Part shown: positions 12,625-25,040 of the stretch, one piece after another
How the letters are laid out: each line of letters begins with the position of its first letter
Numbering within the stretch: the stretch's first letter is position 1
Assembly (NCBI GenBank): GCA_000708835.1
Contig: DF237047.1
Span: 1-64,000, forward strand
Direction of reading: 5' to 3'
Source: Klebsormidium nitens
Lineage: Eukaryota; Plantae; Klebsormidiophyceae
DNA: 64,000 nt
Made by a program: the position numbers and the translations under genes
The notes under the pieces: generated by a model
Told to the model about the DNA's origin: nothing
The model's database searches: none
The model's input: only the letters and a program-made list of their open reading frames with translations

Positions 12625-14060
12625 TGCCTGTTAGGTTCCTTAGAGCCGATCTTTGCACCTCTGCATGGGACAAGAGCACACGATGTCGGCTTCAATATAG
12701 TGGTGCTTTAAGTTGACAAGCAGTCTATTTTGAAGAGCGGTCCTTATGTCACTCAACATAGTTATCCTTGGTTGGCCTAGCCAAAGTTAGCTGTCAGCAA
12801 TGAAGGGGCATAAGAATTAGTAACTTGTAACACCAACAGCAAGAGGCGCTCGCCAGGTCCTGCTATGACAGTGGACAGAAAACGGCTACCTCTCAACTCC
12901 TGATTCAACAACTTCAGGAGCCAAATGAGTGCTTAAAATACAAGGTGGAGAATCCAGAAACAAGTGTCACTGCGATCAGCAAGATTTTGCATCCTGTTTG
13001 TCACAAAAGGTTCAGGAAATTTTTTGAAGTCGACCACCACTTGACACCCTCTGGTACATAGGGCTCCTAACTTCGATCAGCTCAGAAACTCAGACCCAGG
13101 TTAGCCAGACACGTAACGTTAGATTGAAAATCACAATCAAAGGAAGAGCGCCTAGCTGCTTGGATGTACAACATCCACGACCAAAGAAAATGTCATCCTT
13201 TCTGTTTTCTTGTAATTGACTAGCACGCGTCGACGAATGCACCAGCTCAAATGATTGGATCTCTTTCAACGGGAACGTCCATTGCTTTGCTCACTTTTAA
13301 GATCTGCGAGCACTCTCCTGAGTGCAACAATCTGAAGCATGGAATTGTCAGCTGATGTAAACAGTGGTAGCTTACTAGCTCGTGTTTCCACAGATCTTTG
13401 CGCTCCAACCTTCCCAGCTGCTTCTCCAGGTGAACAGCTCAGCTACATTCAGCCTTCACGCTGCACATTCCTTCCTATTAGCACGATGGTTTTGTCTGTG
13501 CCCTGGCTGATTGAAATGTCTGCCAGCCAGGTTAACGGTCATCGTCTTAGCATACTCGGACAGCGTTACGTCCGACTGGCACCGTTGGCTTGGAAGCAAA
13601 TCTGTAACGGTATGACGGTTATGCCGTTGTCAGACTTAACCCCCTTGAGCCACGAAGAGCAGCTAAAATTCAAACATTCTGGTGGCATCGTTTTGCAGGA
13701 CGTTTTTGCCAGCCTGCACTGGCGAACTTTTCTTCCAGATTCCACATTGTGCAGCTTGCAAGCATCCGACATGCTGGCATCTGAAGGGGAGAGGATTTGC
13801 TTTGCACGTTGCAATCCACAATGAACTTTGTTTCGGTCCGGTAGCTACACCTTGAATTGGCCAGGACAGAGGCAGGGAGGTCTGCGGGGTACGTTTGAGT
13901 CCTGACCACAGTACAGGTCGCTGAATAAGGAGTCTGATCAAGTCGCTGGTTGATTTGCTGCCAGGAGGGAATTGGAGGGGATGCTGAAACCTGCATCGCA
14001 GGCTGCAGGTGTCAAGCATAAATTCTTTGCAAGGGCCAAATCAGTTCCTGCTGGGGCGAA

Positions 14061-17000
14061 ATGAATAACTACCACATATATGAGACAATTGGCCGTGGCA
14101 AGCACTCGGTGAGTTGTACCTCAACACATGGGGGTGGTGGCAGATTCGAGATGGGTAGTTTGCACTTTTGGAATCTGGTCGCAAGTGGAAGACTCCAAAT
14201 CGCTTCTCAGCAGGCTTACAATGTGGCTCTATGGGCAGGGGAGGTTCCACAGAAGCATGAATTGCATCTCCGACTTTTCAGCTGTACTCAACTTTTCAGG
14301 CTTTTAATATGGCAATTTGAAAGGCATCAGGTGCAGTTCCACACATAAAGAATTGTGGCTAAGCTGGCTGTGCTGATGCAGGTTGTGTATAAGGGGCGCA
14401 AAAAGAAGACTATCCAGTACTTTGCTGTCAAAAGCGTTGAGAAGCTGCAGAAGCCGAAGGTCCTGCAGGAGGTGAGGTTAACCCCCCTCATGCCCTGGCA
14501 AGCTGGGGGCACGGCAGATCTACCGGTCTGCCTACTCATGTGTTGAGCATTTTGTGCGCTGATTGGTGACGAATGGGCCAAGTGGGGGTGTTTCTTCCAG
14601 AAAGGTAAAGAAGTTGAGGGAGAGGAAGAGAGGTACCACCCCCATCCATTCATTAGGGAGGCTTGAGCAGAGTCTGGGTTGTAGCAGCTCTTGATCGAAA
14701 TGCATGTACTGTCAGGACAAATTTTGGCTGAATATATAGGGGCATCTTATATTGGAACAAAGGTTCTATTCCACGACAGTAGGGGAATGGGGTGCCTGAA
14801 GCTCCTTTGAGCATAGTAAATCCTGAAGAGTCCATTCAAATGACAGATCTTCTGTCGTAAATTGCAGGTGCGGACGTTGCACTCCTTGGAACATGAGAAT
14901 GTCCTCCGCTTTCATGCCTGGTAAGTTCGTTGGTATCGCTGTTGCCTTGTCGCACCAGTCAGAAGTTTACTGACTGCTCACCTTGTACTCACATGAATGT
15001 TTTCTCCATAGATCTGGTCCTTGTATGGTACGAGAGGTCCCTCTACCCAGACAGCTTATGAACGAAAGAAAAGAAAGAAAAGGGGGCTGACTCTGTAATC
15101 TAGGCTGACCACTCTGTCTCTGACCTCAGCAATCATGTGTTGTTTCTCCTCCTTATATTGGAACCAAGCAAGCGCATAGTTTTCGGGGAAATATGTCATC
15201 TGCCGTCACAGGGCGGTTCTGTTATGCTTTCCAAACGGCCTCCTTTCTGACAGGTATGAGACGTCCAACCATCTCTGGCTGATACTTGAGTACTGCGTTG
15301 GGGGAAATTTGCTCACCCTCCTTCATCAGGTACGTGTGCCACCGCCTTGCTCCTAGCTTCCGGCACACCTTTTCTTGTTCATCCAGATTCCTTCATATCA
15401 GGTGCACTCTCTGATTTGCGTCACTTTGCCCCTCATCTTTGACCCATCACTTCGCTCTCGCCTTCAAGTTTCGACACTACTTCCAAAAGTTAGCCTGTAA
15501 GTTGGTTGTCTGTCTGGCTTCACTTTGAAAGCCTTGTAATGGCCTTGAGACACGTCCATGGTCCCATCTGACTCGTTTCCGCAATCATTCTGCCATAGAG
15601 GGCCACTTATTCACAACAAGGTCAAACAGCCACTAAGTGGTCGATTCAATGACGATGCCCCACCTGTTTCAAATGTGCCGAATCGCGCGCTCTTCCCAGG
15701 ACACGCGTCTTCCAGAGGAGTCCATCCACGACTTTGCTCGCGACTTGGTGAAGGCGCTGCAGTTCCTGCATTCAAACGGGGTGGTCTACTGCGACTTGAA
15801 GCCGTCAAACATCCTCCTAGACGAGAATGGCCGGCTCAAAGTACGTCCTTGGTTCCCTCTTACTCACCTGGTGACGAAGACGAAAGCTGTGTGACATTTG
15901 GTCACAATCCTAGCTGAGATCCAAACGCGTTGGCATGAGTTCTTGCACTCAGTGGGTATTGCGAGCTCTGGCTAGTCAATAATGCCTGTCCTATGAGATT
16001 GTTGTCTCATCCCTGGACACTGTGGTGCTGGCCAGTCTGACTTAGGCAAGCGCTTTTTTTAGCACCGACTTCAAACACTCCGAATCTTGCGTGCAGCTCT
16101 GCGACTTTGGGCTGGCGCGGCGCCTCAGCGACATCCAAAAGTTCTCGCTGCAGCAGGTGAGAACCTTCACCGAAATAGCCAGCCACTGAAAGAATCTCGG
16201 CCAGCTAGAAGATTGCTTGGAACTCGAAGTCGACAATCTGTCGTGCTCTTTCTAGAGGTTTGAAGTTCTGTTTGTTTGCTGAAAGTCCTGACCCAAGAAA
16301 GCCCCGATAGGACATGGTTGCCGGGCCACTGCACTATGCGCTTGCCTAGTCAGCTCTTGATCCCTCCGGGTGATGTTGCTATTCTGGCCGTTCACTTATG
16401 GGCCTTATCTACCCTTGACCATCCTAGTACACCGGTCTGACGTTTACAAACTCGTTAGGCCCTCGACCATCTCGCTTCCACTTTTCGAACCGCGTCGTCT
16501 TACCCCCCATTCCGTTTCACCCCCCTCCAGCTGCCCCAGGCCAAGCGAGGCACGCCCTGCTACATGGCCCCCGAGCTGTTCCAGGAGGGGGGCGTCCACT
16601 CCTTCGCGTCCGACCTTTGGGCCGTCGGGTGCGTTCTCTACGAGTGCGCTACGGGCCAGCCTCCGTTCGTTTCCAACAGCTTTACGCAGCTCGTGAGCGC
16701 GATTCTGGAGACCCCGCTTTCCCCCCTCCCTGCTTCCGTCAGCCCCGAGTTCGCCGATCTCGTGCAACGGCTCCTGGTAAAGGACCCCGTGCACCGAATA
16801 TCGTGGCCGGAGCTTCGCGTTCACCCCTTCTGGCGCGTCCCAACGAAAGAACTGCCCCTTCCGGAGCAACCCGCGTTCGACCATTTTCTACGGCAGCGGC
16901 GGGCGGGGGAGGCGGTGTCCCTGCCCCCCCTGCGGGGGGCGACGCCCCCGGTCGCGAGCGGGGGGGCAGAAAAGGCAGGCGGGGAGGGGGGGGGGAGTCG

Positions 17001-20000
17001 GGTAACGGCTTTGCCGGAGTTGGCAGGGGCGCAGCGGCCGGGGTCGGCGCGAAAAGCGGGGGATGTGAACGTGCTCCGACTCTCGCAAATCGTACAGAAG
17101 AATTTCCGGAGGGAGGCCGACGGGGGTGGGTATCGGCAAGGGGGCGAGGAGGGCGGCGCGCATAGTGACGTCACGCTTGAGAACAACGATATCGAGATCG
17201 ATCTGGCGGAGGAAGGCGCAGAGGGGGGGGAGGACGAGGGGGAGGATACTTCGGGGGCGGTTGAGGCGGCGGCGGCCGCAGAAGGTGTCAAGATGCCGCT
17301 CTCTCGGGAAGATAGCAGTGCGCTTAACACCGAAAGGTTCCCCAGGGGAGGTACCCCCGAGCCGCACCGGCCGGACGACACGGCCCCCCTGTCAGCGCGA
17401 ACAGGGAGTAAAACGAGCGCGGGGGGTTCTGGAGACAGCCGGAGGGGACCCCCTACGCCGGACGAATCTCCAGACGACTCGTCGTCCGATGGAGTCGAGT
17501 CTGCGGTGCAGCAAGTGGCGCAGTCGCAGCTCCTATGGCACCAACTAGACTTGGCGGTAAAACCAATCGTCCTCAACCGACGGATCGAAAAAGTTCAAGA
17601 GCCGACGTTCGACCCGCGGGCGCTCCCAGTTGAACCACTCTCGGGGGCTGCGCTTGCGCAGGTAAATGACGAATCCTTGGACAACGAACACTTAGTTCGA
17701 GATGAGAACCTGTGACATTTTAGCATGATGGCGGCAGGCGAAGCCGCTGGATTGACGTTGACAAACTCCAGTTCTTCGACTGCAAGCCTCGCCAGGACGC
17801 TATGGTTGCTGTTTGCTTCTTGCATAGTTTTCAGAGGCAGGGACAGCCAAGAGTAAGCTTAGATGTAGCCACCATCTTAACGCAGACGCCGTACAGATCA
17901 GACCCATTATCCGGGAAGAAAATTGGTCACGGCAACGCAACGCAATCAGTCTTCTTCCCGGTCAAAGAACATCAATCCCCTTAAGATGCTCTTTGAGAGA
18001 CTGAGGACTCTCTGCCTTTTTCCCGCAGGCCCCTCCCGACCAATCAGAAGCGTTCCTGGCACGCATCATGGCGAGCATCAGCGGCGCCACGTCGCTCAAC
18101 GAGAAGCTGAACACGCTGAGCTACGTTGAGACTCTCGCCACCGAAACGGACGCCGCGAATCATCTGATCAATTCGCAGCTGATGCCGCTTTTGGTGCGCA
18201 TGCTTAAAATAAGCAAGCCGCCCGTTTTGCGCGCCAAACTGGCAAGCGCGATGGGGCTACTGGTCCGGCATGCGACGGTAATCGACGAAGACCTGGCGGC
18301 GTCAGGAATTGTGCCGATCCTTACGGAGGCGGCCAAGGATAAGCAGGTGCGTGGACAGATAGCGCAAATTCGCTGCGCAAACTCCTAAAATGGTGTTTTG
18401 AGTGTGCTTTGATGACTGAGTTGGACCTTGGGTAGAGTGGTCTGGAATCCATTGCTCGCTTTAATAGATTTCAAAAGTTTTGAGCGTTGACACTTGGAAG
18501 TCTCTCCGGGCCTGCACCGCTCACGCTGAAGTTTGCGAGTTGGCAGAATGAGCTGCGGAAGCGAGCCCAGAGTAATGCCGTGTGGTTTCACGCATCTAAA
18601 CCCTTCGTACAAGTCTAGAACATGGTCGATGCAAGCCAGTCACATTTTACAATTTTTTTCTTCTCGTTTCTATCCAATCTGCCTTTCGGTGAAACTTTCT
18701 TTCACGAGGGGCAAGCGAAGGAAAGCGAGCAGACGACACTTTAAACAGCCGTCTCTTTCCTTGCTTGAAACCAGCATCCGCTCCACTAACAACCCCGCTT
18801 CACACCCTTCGCAGGAACGCGTAAAACGACGAGCAATAGCGTCCCTCGGCGAGTTGCTCTTCTACATCGCGACCCAGAGCGAGCAGTCCCCCAAAGCCGC
18901 CAACAGCCCCCCGGCGTGGGAAGTTCCGGAGATTACGTTCACTGCGGTCGGCAGCATGTTGCGCCGGGGGGAGGACGAAGTCGCGCAGCACTATGCGGTC
19001 AAGACCATGGAAAACATCGCGAGCCAGGGGGGGGCGTGGGCGAGCAAGTTTGCGAGCGGGGAGACGGTGGCAAACCTTGTCTTCATCTTCCAGGTGGGGT
19101 TTGCAAGTGTATAAGTAGACGCACATTCCCCTGCTGAAACTAAAGGTGTTTCAGTAGTACCCCCCATCTAACCCTGTAATGGTGCAAACCAGCCGTTTAA
19201 CCCTCCCGAGAGTGTTGTAATAAGTGACGCATATCAGCCATCTTCCGCGCACGAGCACCACGAAAGGACCCTACCGATGCAAACGAGGTCTCACCGTCGA
19301 AGGACACTGCACTTACTTTCATATTGTGCGAGGTTCTTTTCTTGAGGACACCACACTGATATTTCAAAGATGCAGAGATCGAACTTCTCCGTGCAGAACT
19401 CGAAGCTGGAGCACCTGCGCGCCACCGCCGGCTCGTGCCTCGTGCGCCTCGCGCGCTTCCACCCGCCGGTCCTCCCGGCCGCCCTCGAGAAACTAGGCGT
19501 GCGAGCTTTGGTTCGCGGGCTCGCGGAGGGCAGCTCCAAGACGCAGCAGACGTACCTCAACCTGCTCAACATGGGCCTCCAGGCGGGGGTGAGAATAGGC
19601 GCCACGCGCCTGCAGACGCAGCTCATGGCGGAGGAGCGGGGGCTTGTTCCCACTCTAGTTGGGTTACTGGAGCACGCGTCGGAGGTGCTGAGGGCGAAGG
19701 CGCTCGTCGCCGGCTGGGCGCTGTGTCAAGCGAGCACGAGGTGGCTGGTCGCGCTCTGCAATGCGAAAGTGGTGAGTATGAGCAGGTCTTGAAGGCCCTT
19801 TTCCTTTCAATGCTGGTCTCCATTTCCGATTGCTGGGCGATATGCTCATTGTCGCTTCCTTCAAAGGTTGCGAGCGGCTCAGCGTTTGTGCGGCGACCAC
19901 GAGGTGGTTGGTAGCGCTCTGCAACGCGATAGTGGGGAGTGTCAAGCAAGTTGCAAAGCTCTACCCGAAGTCGGTTATTGTGCATCGTCCCAAGTGACGC

Positions 20001-23000
20001 ATCTTCCAACTGTACGAGCATCTTTGCGCTCTGTTAAGCAAGTCCTGAGTTGTGGTTGGCTGGAAGCCCTCTGCAACTCGAGAGTGGTGACTGCTATGGT
20101 TTTGAAACTTTATCATCTGGTATCTAGATCAACGCTTGTGGCGCTTCCTTCTGCGTGCTCTTTGTTACTCTGTCAACTTGGTTTTAGGGGTGTCGACTTG
20201 GCGTGGTTTTTCGTGCACTGCGTATTCAAGGCAGGGTCCTCACAAAGAGGAGTACTTGAATTGTAATGGGTTCGTTAGTCCAAGCCTCTAGATCCTTACC
20301 GTCATCTGTCTAAAGATTTTTTAGAGCTGACGAAGCCTGGAGGATCTGGAGGAGAGGTTCGCGATTGCAAAGGCAACATTTGTGTAACAAATAATGAGTA
20401 TCGTTCCTCTGGGAATTCTTAACGTCCATTCTCTCGACCTACAACTCTCCTCGTCTACGAGGTTTACCACCTTGCCTTCAATGTTAGAAGAAGGTTCCTG
20501 CATCCTCAAAGTTCCCAAACTTCCATCGGCCTCGCGCAGACGTCCGTCCTGGAGCGCCTGGCCCGTGACGTCAATGAGCACCAAACCCCCGCCTCCCAAA
20601 ACTTTGAGTCTCCGCCCCCTTTTCCATCTTCCGGGAGTTACAAACGCCGTCTTCAAAGACTCGCAACCCTCCTTTCTCAAACCTGCGGAAGCTTCTCTTT
20701 CTCTCCACAGACGTCCGTCCTGGAGCGCCTGGCCCGCGACCGCGACGAGTACGTGCAGCGCTGCCTGGAGGCGTTTCTGTCGCTGGTCGCCGCGATGGCG
20801 CTCCCCATTTTGGACCAAGCCCGGGCGGAGCTCTCCAAACTGGCGACCAAGCAAGGTCGCGCCACGCCCTCCGCCAGCCCGCGGACGCCGCCCTCCGGGT
20901 CTCGGGGACCGCTCGGCCAGGCCGCTGTGCTACTGCACCTCGTCACGTGCCAGGTACGGGCTCTGGTTTTTCTTCAATCCGCAGTGGTCTTGTTCCTTTT
21001 CCGTTCTGGCCGCCAGTCCGCGGATGCCGCCTTCGGGATCTCGGGGACCGCTCGGCAGGCCGCCGTGCTGCTACACTTGGTCACCTGTCAGGTACGGCCT
21101 CTGGTTTCTTTCACGAAGTACGTGTCAGGTACGGCCTCTGGTTTCCGTCAGGCGACAAGGTTTTTGTCGGTTCCGAAACGGGCGCTCCGCTTGCAAATCT
21201 ACAGGTGGAATGCTCTTGGTGGTATCCTTCGTTCTAATCGCAGCGGGTGTCGTCGTTCTGATAAAACTGGTCAAGTATCAAGTGCGGCCTTGATTCCATG
21301 GTGGTCTTGTCCGTTTTCTTTCCAGCGAGCGGGTGTCGTTGTTCCCCTCAGGCAGGCCCTGCTCTTCTTATTGAAACCGAACATACCACCTCCGCTGAAA
21401 TCGATTACCAACAGGAATGGATTGGGTGAGCAAGCAGTTCTTGAAGTGCCCTCGACATCAAGCATGAGCCGAGAGCGGCCTAAGATCGCATGAGCACCAG
21501 CCAAACCATAACCGACCTATTGACCATCATTCTGACATCCCGCTTCTCTCCCCGCAGCTCACTCGCAGCCGCTTCGCCGACGGCCGCCTGCTCTCCCTTT
21601 TGGGCGTCTGCCTAGCCCGCTCCCAGGACGCACTGGTCGCCCTTGATGCGTCCCCGAGCAACAGCCCCCGTGCGCCAAAAGACGCCCCTGCGCCTGGCCC
21701 CGCGAGCCCCCTCGCTCTAGTTGCCGAGTTCCAGTCGGTGGTGCTTCAGATTCTGGAGGCCCTGTCGCAGGGGCAGACGCCCACGGTGCTGGGCCATAAA
21801 GAGGCGACCGTGCAACAGGTGGGGCCTCTTTGTTGGTCTTCAGAACGACGATCTTAAGCCCCCCCTCTTCTGGTCCTCTCCGTCCTGGCGAGCTGTACCG
21901 CGCAAGCAAAGACGGCGACCGCCGCTTTATGTTCCTCAAAGCGATTCCTCTTTCTCTCCCTCTCAGAACACCCGTATTTCCCTTTCCCCGTCTCAAAGCA
22001 CCCGTGTTTCCTGTCCCCCCTCTTAAAAGACCCGTGTTTCTTTTCACCCCTCTCAAAACACTCGTGTTTCTACCCCCCCTCCAGGTCCTTCCCGTGCTGG
22101 CGGACCTGTACCGCGCGAGCAAGGACGGCGACCGCCGCTTCATGTGCCTCAAAGTCTTCTGCGACACGCTCCTCCTCCTGCTCGACTCCACCGCTCCCCC
22201 CCCCAAACCCCGGGCTCCCCGACCCCCCCGGCCGGCGCCCCGGTCGACCGCTCCCAGATCGACGCGCTCGTCTTCCAGCACTTCCTCCCGCTCTACCCGT
22301 CGCTCCTCCAGGACGAGGAGCCCATTCCCACCTACGCCCAGAAGCTGCTGGCGCTGCTCCTGGACCGGCAGTGTGTCCGGATCCCGGACCTCCTCCAGCT
22401 GAAGCTCCTCCCGCGCTTGTTCGATTTCCTCGCGGGCGACCCGGAGACGATTAATAGTTTCGCGCTCAAGCTGTGCCTGGCGGCCATTTCCGCCCCGGAG
22501 GTGCCAACCCGGGCGCTTTCCGAGGCGCGGGTTTGTGCCCGGTTGGGGCTGTTGCTGCAGGACGTGGCCGGCCAGGGGAAGGATGATTTCGTGGAGCCGG
22601 TAGTCGCGATCTGCCGCGGGTTTTTGGAGAGGCACGCGGCTGCGCAGGGCCGCGGAGGTGGCGCGGGGATACAGGCACGTGCCCCGAGTCGACATTGCTC
22701 CTAAAGCAATTTCTCTTCTCGACCAGTTCTTGCGGAACCATGCACCCACCCACTACGGAAGCGCTTGATAGCCAATCTAGCCTCAATTGCATTCTGGCGC
22801 TTCAGATGTCGAAAATCTCCAGAGGGTGCTTTTCCAACGCCTCTATCGAACATCGTTGAACTGGTTCTGTCCACGGACGTCTTCCTTGCTCTGGTGGGCA
22901 GCCATCTTAAAACCCATAAATTCTGGAACTTCACGACCCTAGAGCTGGAAACCCCCACCGAACCCGCTCGCAGGACATCGCTGAGCTGGCCCTGTCCTCG

Positions 23001-23816
23001 GACGTCTTCCTCGCGCTGGTGGGCAGTCACGAGGACTCTGTTGCGGACGCCGCCTCGCACTGCGTCGCGCTCTTATCAGTCGCAGCGCCGCGGTCCATCG
23101 GGGGGGCCCTGTTGCAGAACGTGCCGCAGGTTTTGCAGGTGTTGGAGACGGCCAACAAGTGCCAGAGCAAGGCCCTGCTCGCCAAGTGAGGCTTTCCGCC
23201 GAGCTTGCTTCTTTGCCGGTGTGTGCTTGGGATTTGTTGCTCGAGCTCGGTCGGACGAGGTTCCCTTTCGGATTGACCTGCGAGCTTATCTGATGTTGGT
23301 TGGAACGGCCCGTTCGGAAAATTCATGGCGCGGGGCTCCAGGTTGCTCAAAGTCGGTGGCGGAATAGAACACTCCAAATTCTAGCTTTCTAATGGAAATC
23401 TTGCAAAGGAACTCCAACTTTCAAACATCTGTCCAACGTTGACTGGTGAGCACAGCTTGCATTGCTGTACTCTTTCCTTCCTTCGTCTGGCCATAGTCGC
23501 GCGCTTTTTGGATCTTATTGTCGGCCAGAAGTTTGTGGCAGGCCATGAGTGACCTAGCGACAATTGCGGGTCACTGAGAACGCAATTCACTGATGTACCT
23601 TGTTTCCTCCTCTCTAGGATTCAACACCGGCTGTTGAGTGCCCTTCGGGAGGCATGCAAGCAGCAGCGATCGACGGCGGGACCATCTAGTTTCAACATGA
23701 GTAACGTAGAGCAACTTGAAACTCTGATAGCCAGACTCCGAAGGTCGACCAGCAGCTCTGTGACGCAAGCAGCAAACGATTTGGCTGCCGAACTTGCTAG
23801 AGTGATTGCCCGATAG
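14061..23816 (+). CDS. RUK: RUNKEL/ULK4 kinase-like protein with C-terminal HEAT/ARM region; 15 exons (14061-14108, 14382-14471, 14868-14920, 15254-15329, 15700-15840, 16097-16156, 16531-17661, 18029-18346, 18815-19093, 19397-19771, 20711-20953, 21558-21818, 22085-22674, 22974-23185, 23618-23816), about 1358 aa after restoring one base in exon 13
   Basis: MNNYHIYETIGRGKHS, VYKGRKKKTIQYFAVKS, YCDLKPSNILLDENG, CDFGLAR, KRGTPCYMAPEL, LLVKDP..RI.W.EL..HPFW, LYPSLLQDEEPIPTYAQKLL and DFVEPVVAICRGFL follow plant RUNKEL. The model needs one extra base in a C-run near 22196-22229 and a GC donor at 22675. Confidence 0.93.
21961..22080. repeat. Intronic minisatellite, 4 x 30 bp (tctcaaaRcacccgtgtttc-C/T-rich), ending 4 nt before the RUK exon 13 acceptor
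   Basis: Units start at 21961, 21991, 22021 and 22051. Confidence 0.9.
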
Positions 23817-25040
23817 CAATGGCAGCCGTGTAATAGGTTCTCTGTAACATTTCCCGGGCAACTTTAGGCGGAGTCTTGACGGATTTCTAAAAAACATATA
23901 TTTTGGGTAGTGCCCAGGCCTGATGCCGCTTCAAGTTGGTGACTCATGCGCGCAAACAGCTTTCACTAGGCAATTTTCAATCGCTGATTTGTCAATGCCA
24001 TCAGATGACATGTCAGCGCGGTGCATGTCCCCAGCCATGCCATATCTGTTCGAAGAAAGCATTGATGTCTTTTTATAATAATATGGGCCAGTCGTGCTTT
24101 GAACAATTGGTGCACAAGGGCCGGGCTCGAGCACCATGCTTTGTGCAGCTGACTCACTTTTAATATGGATCATTGCACATGCAGCAGTTAGTAATGCCAG
24201 TGGCCAATTTCGATAACTTCCGGCATGACTGAGTCCGGAGCGCGGTTATAAGACCTTCTACGCTTCAGAAGACTCCATTCTGATCGAAGTTTTTACTCAA
24301 GAAGCAACCATTTTGATCAGTTGTCAATTGCATAGGATCCCATAGGTACTATACCTTGAACTCAAGATTTGTGACGGTTCTTCCACCCCGCAGGTAAGTA
24401 TGAAACGCAATATGTACCATGCATACAGTTAAATAACAATCCTGTTAACTAATAATCAAGCAATGAAAAGAAGTGAGATTAAATTCAGCGACAAGATGTA
24501 GTATAACGCAGACATAGTACAGGGAATGGCATATCTGACACGCGCAAACCCATGACATTCACATTCTGCATGCACTCACTTTGGAAGCATGTGGCAGTAC
24601 CTTTCATCTTGCTCGACCCGCTTCCACACTTTGTGCAAGTATGTCATTTATGAGTGAGTCCAAGTAAATGATTTCTGCGTTGAACTTGATTTGGCAAAAC
24701 TGGCGCGAAAGCCAAGTTTACGACCAGAGATCAGAGGATGGACATTGGAACACGTATCAGCTTATTTGATCATTCCCAACGAACCCCCGGAAATCTGCTG
24801 AACCTCAAACAACGTTTCATGGACGGTTTGAGTGACGCTCGCTGTGCTTCAGGTGGAGCCAGGTAGGAACTAGACGAGGGTCAATGTGAACCGGAGCTGT
24901 TCGTACACAAACTCACGCCTGACAACTCTTCCCCCAACACTTTGTACATGGTTACAAATTACATCTAATCAGACCATTCAGTCAGCTTACTTGCCAACTT
25001 GGAACGGTCCGAAAGAACCCCTTTCCCCACAAACCCCAAC

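Noticed and set aside
13339-13824. 161-aa ORF between TBCC and RUK
   Set aside because: No recognisable motif, no splice support, and composition unlike the GC3-rich real exons.
22202-22208. CCCAAAC as a programmed -1 frameshift heptamer in RUK
   Set aside because: The zero frame reads CCC AAA rather than the required C CCA AAC. A homopolymer error is simpler.
16444-22749. Long antisense or alternate-frame ORFs over RUK (e.g. 21559-22749 minus), and similar ones over SPK1, TBCC and LHCB
   Set aside because: Expected shadows of GC-rich coding sequence that lack stops; the translations are low-complexity.
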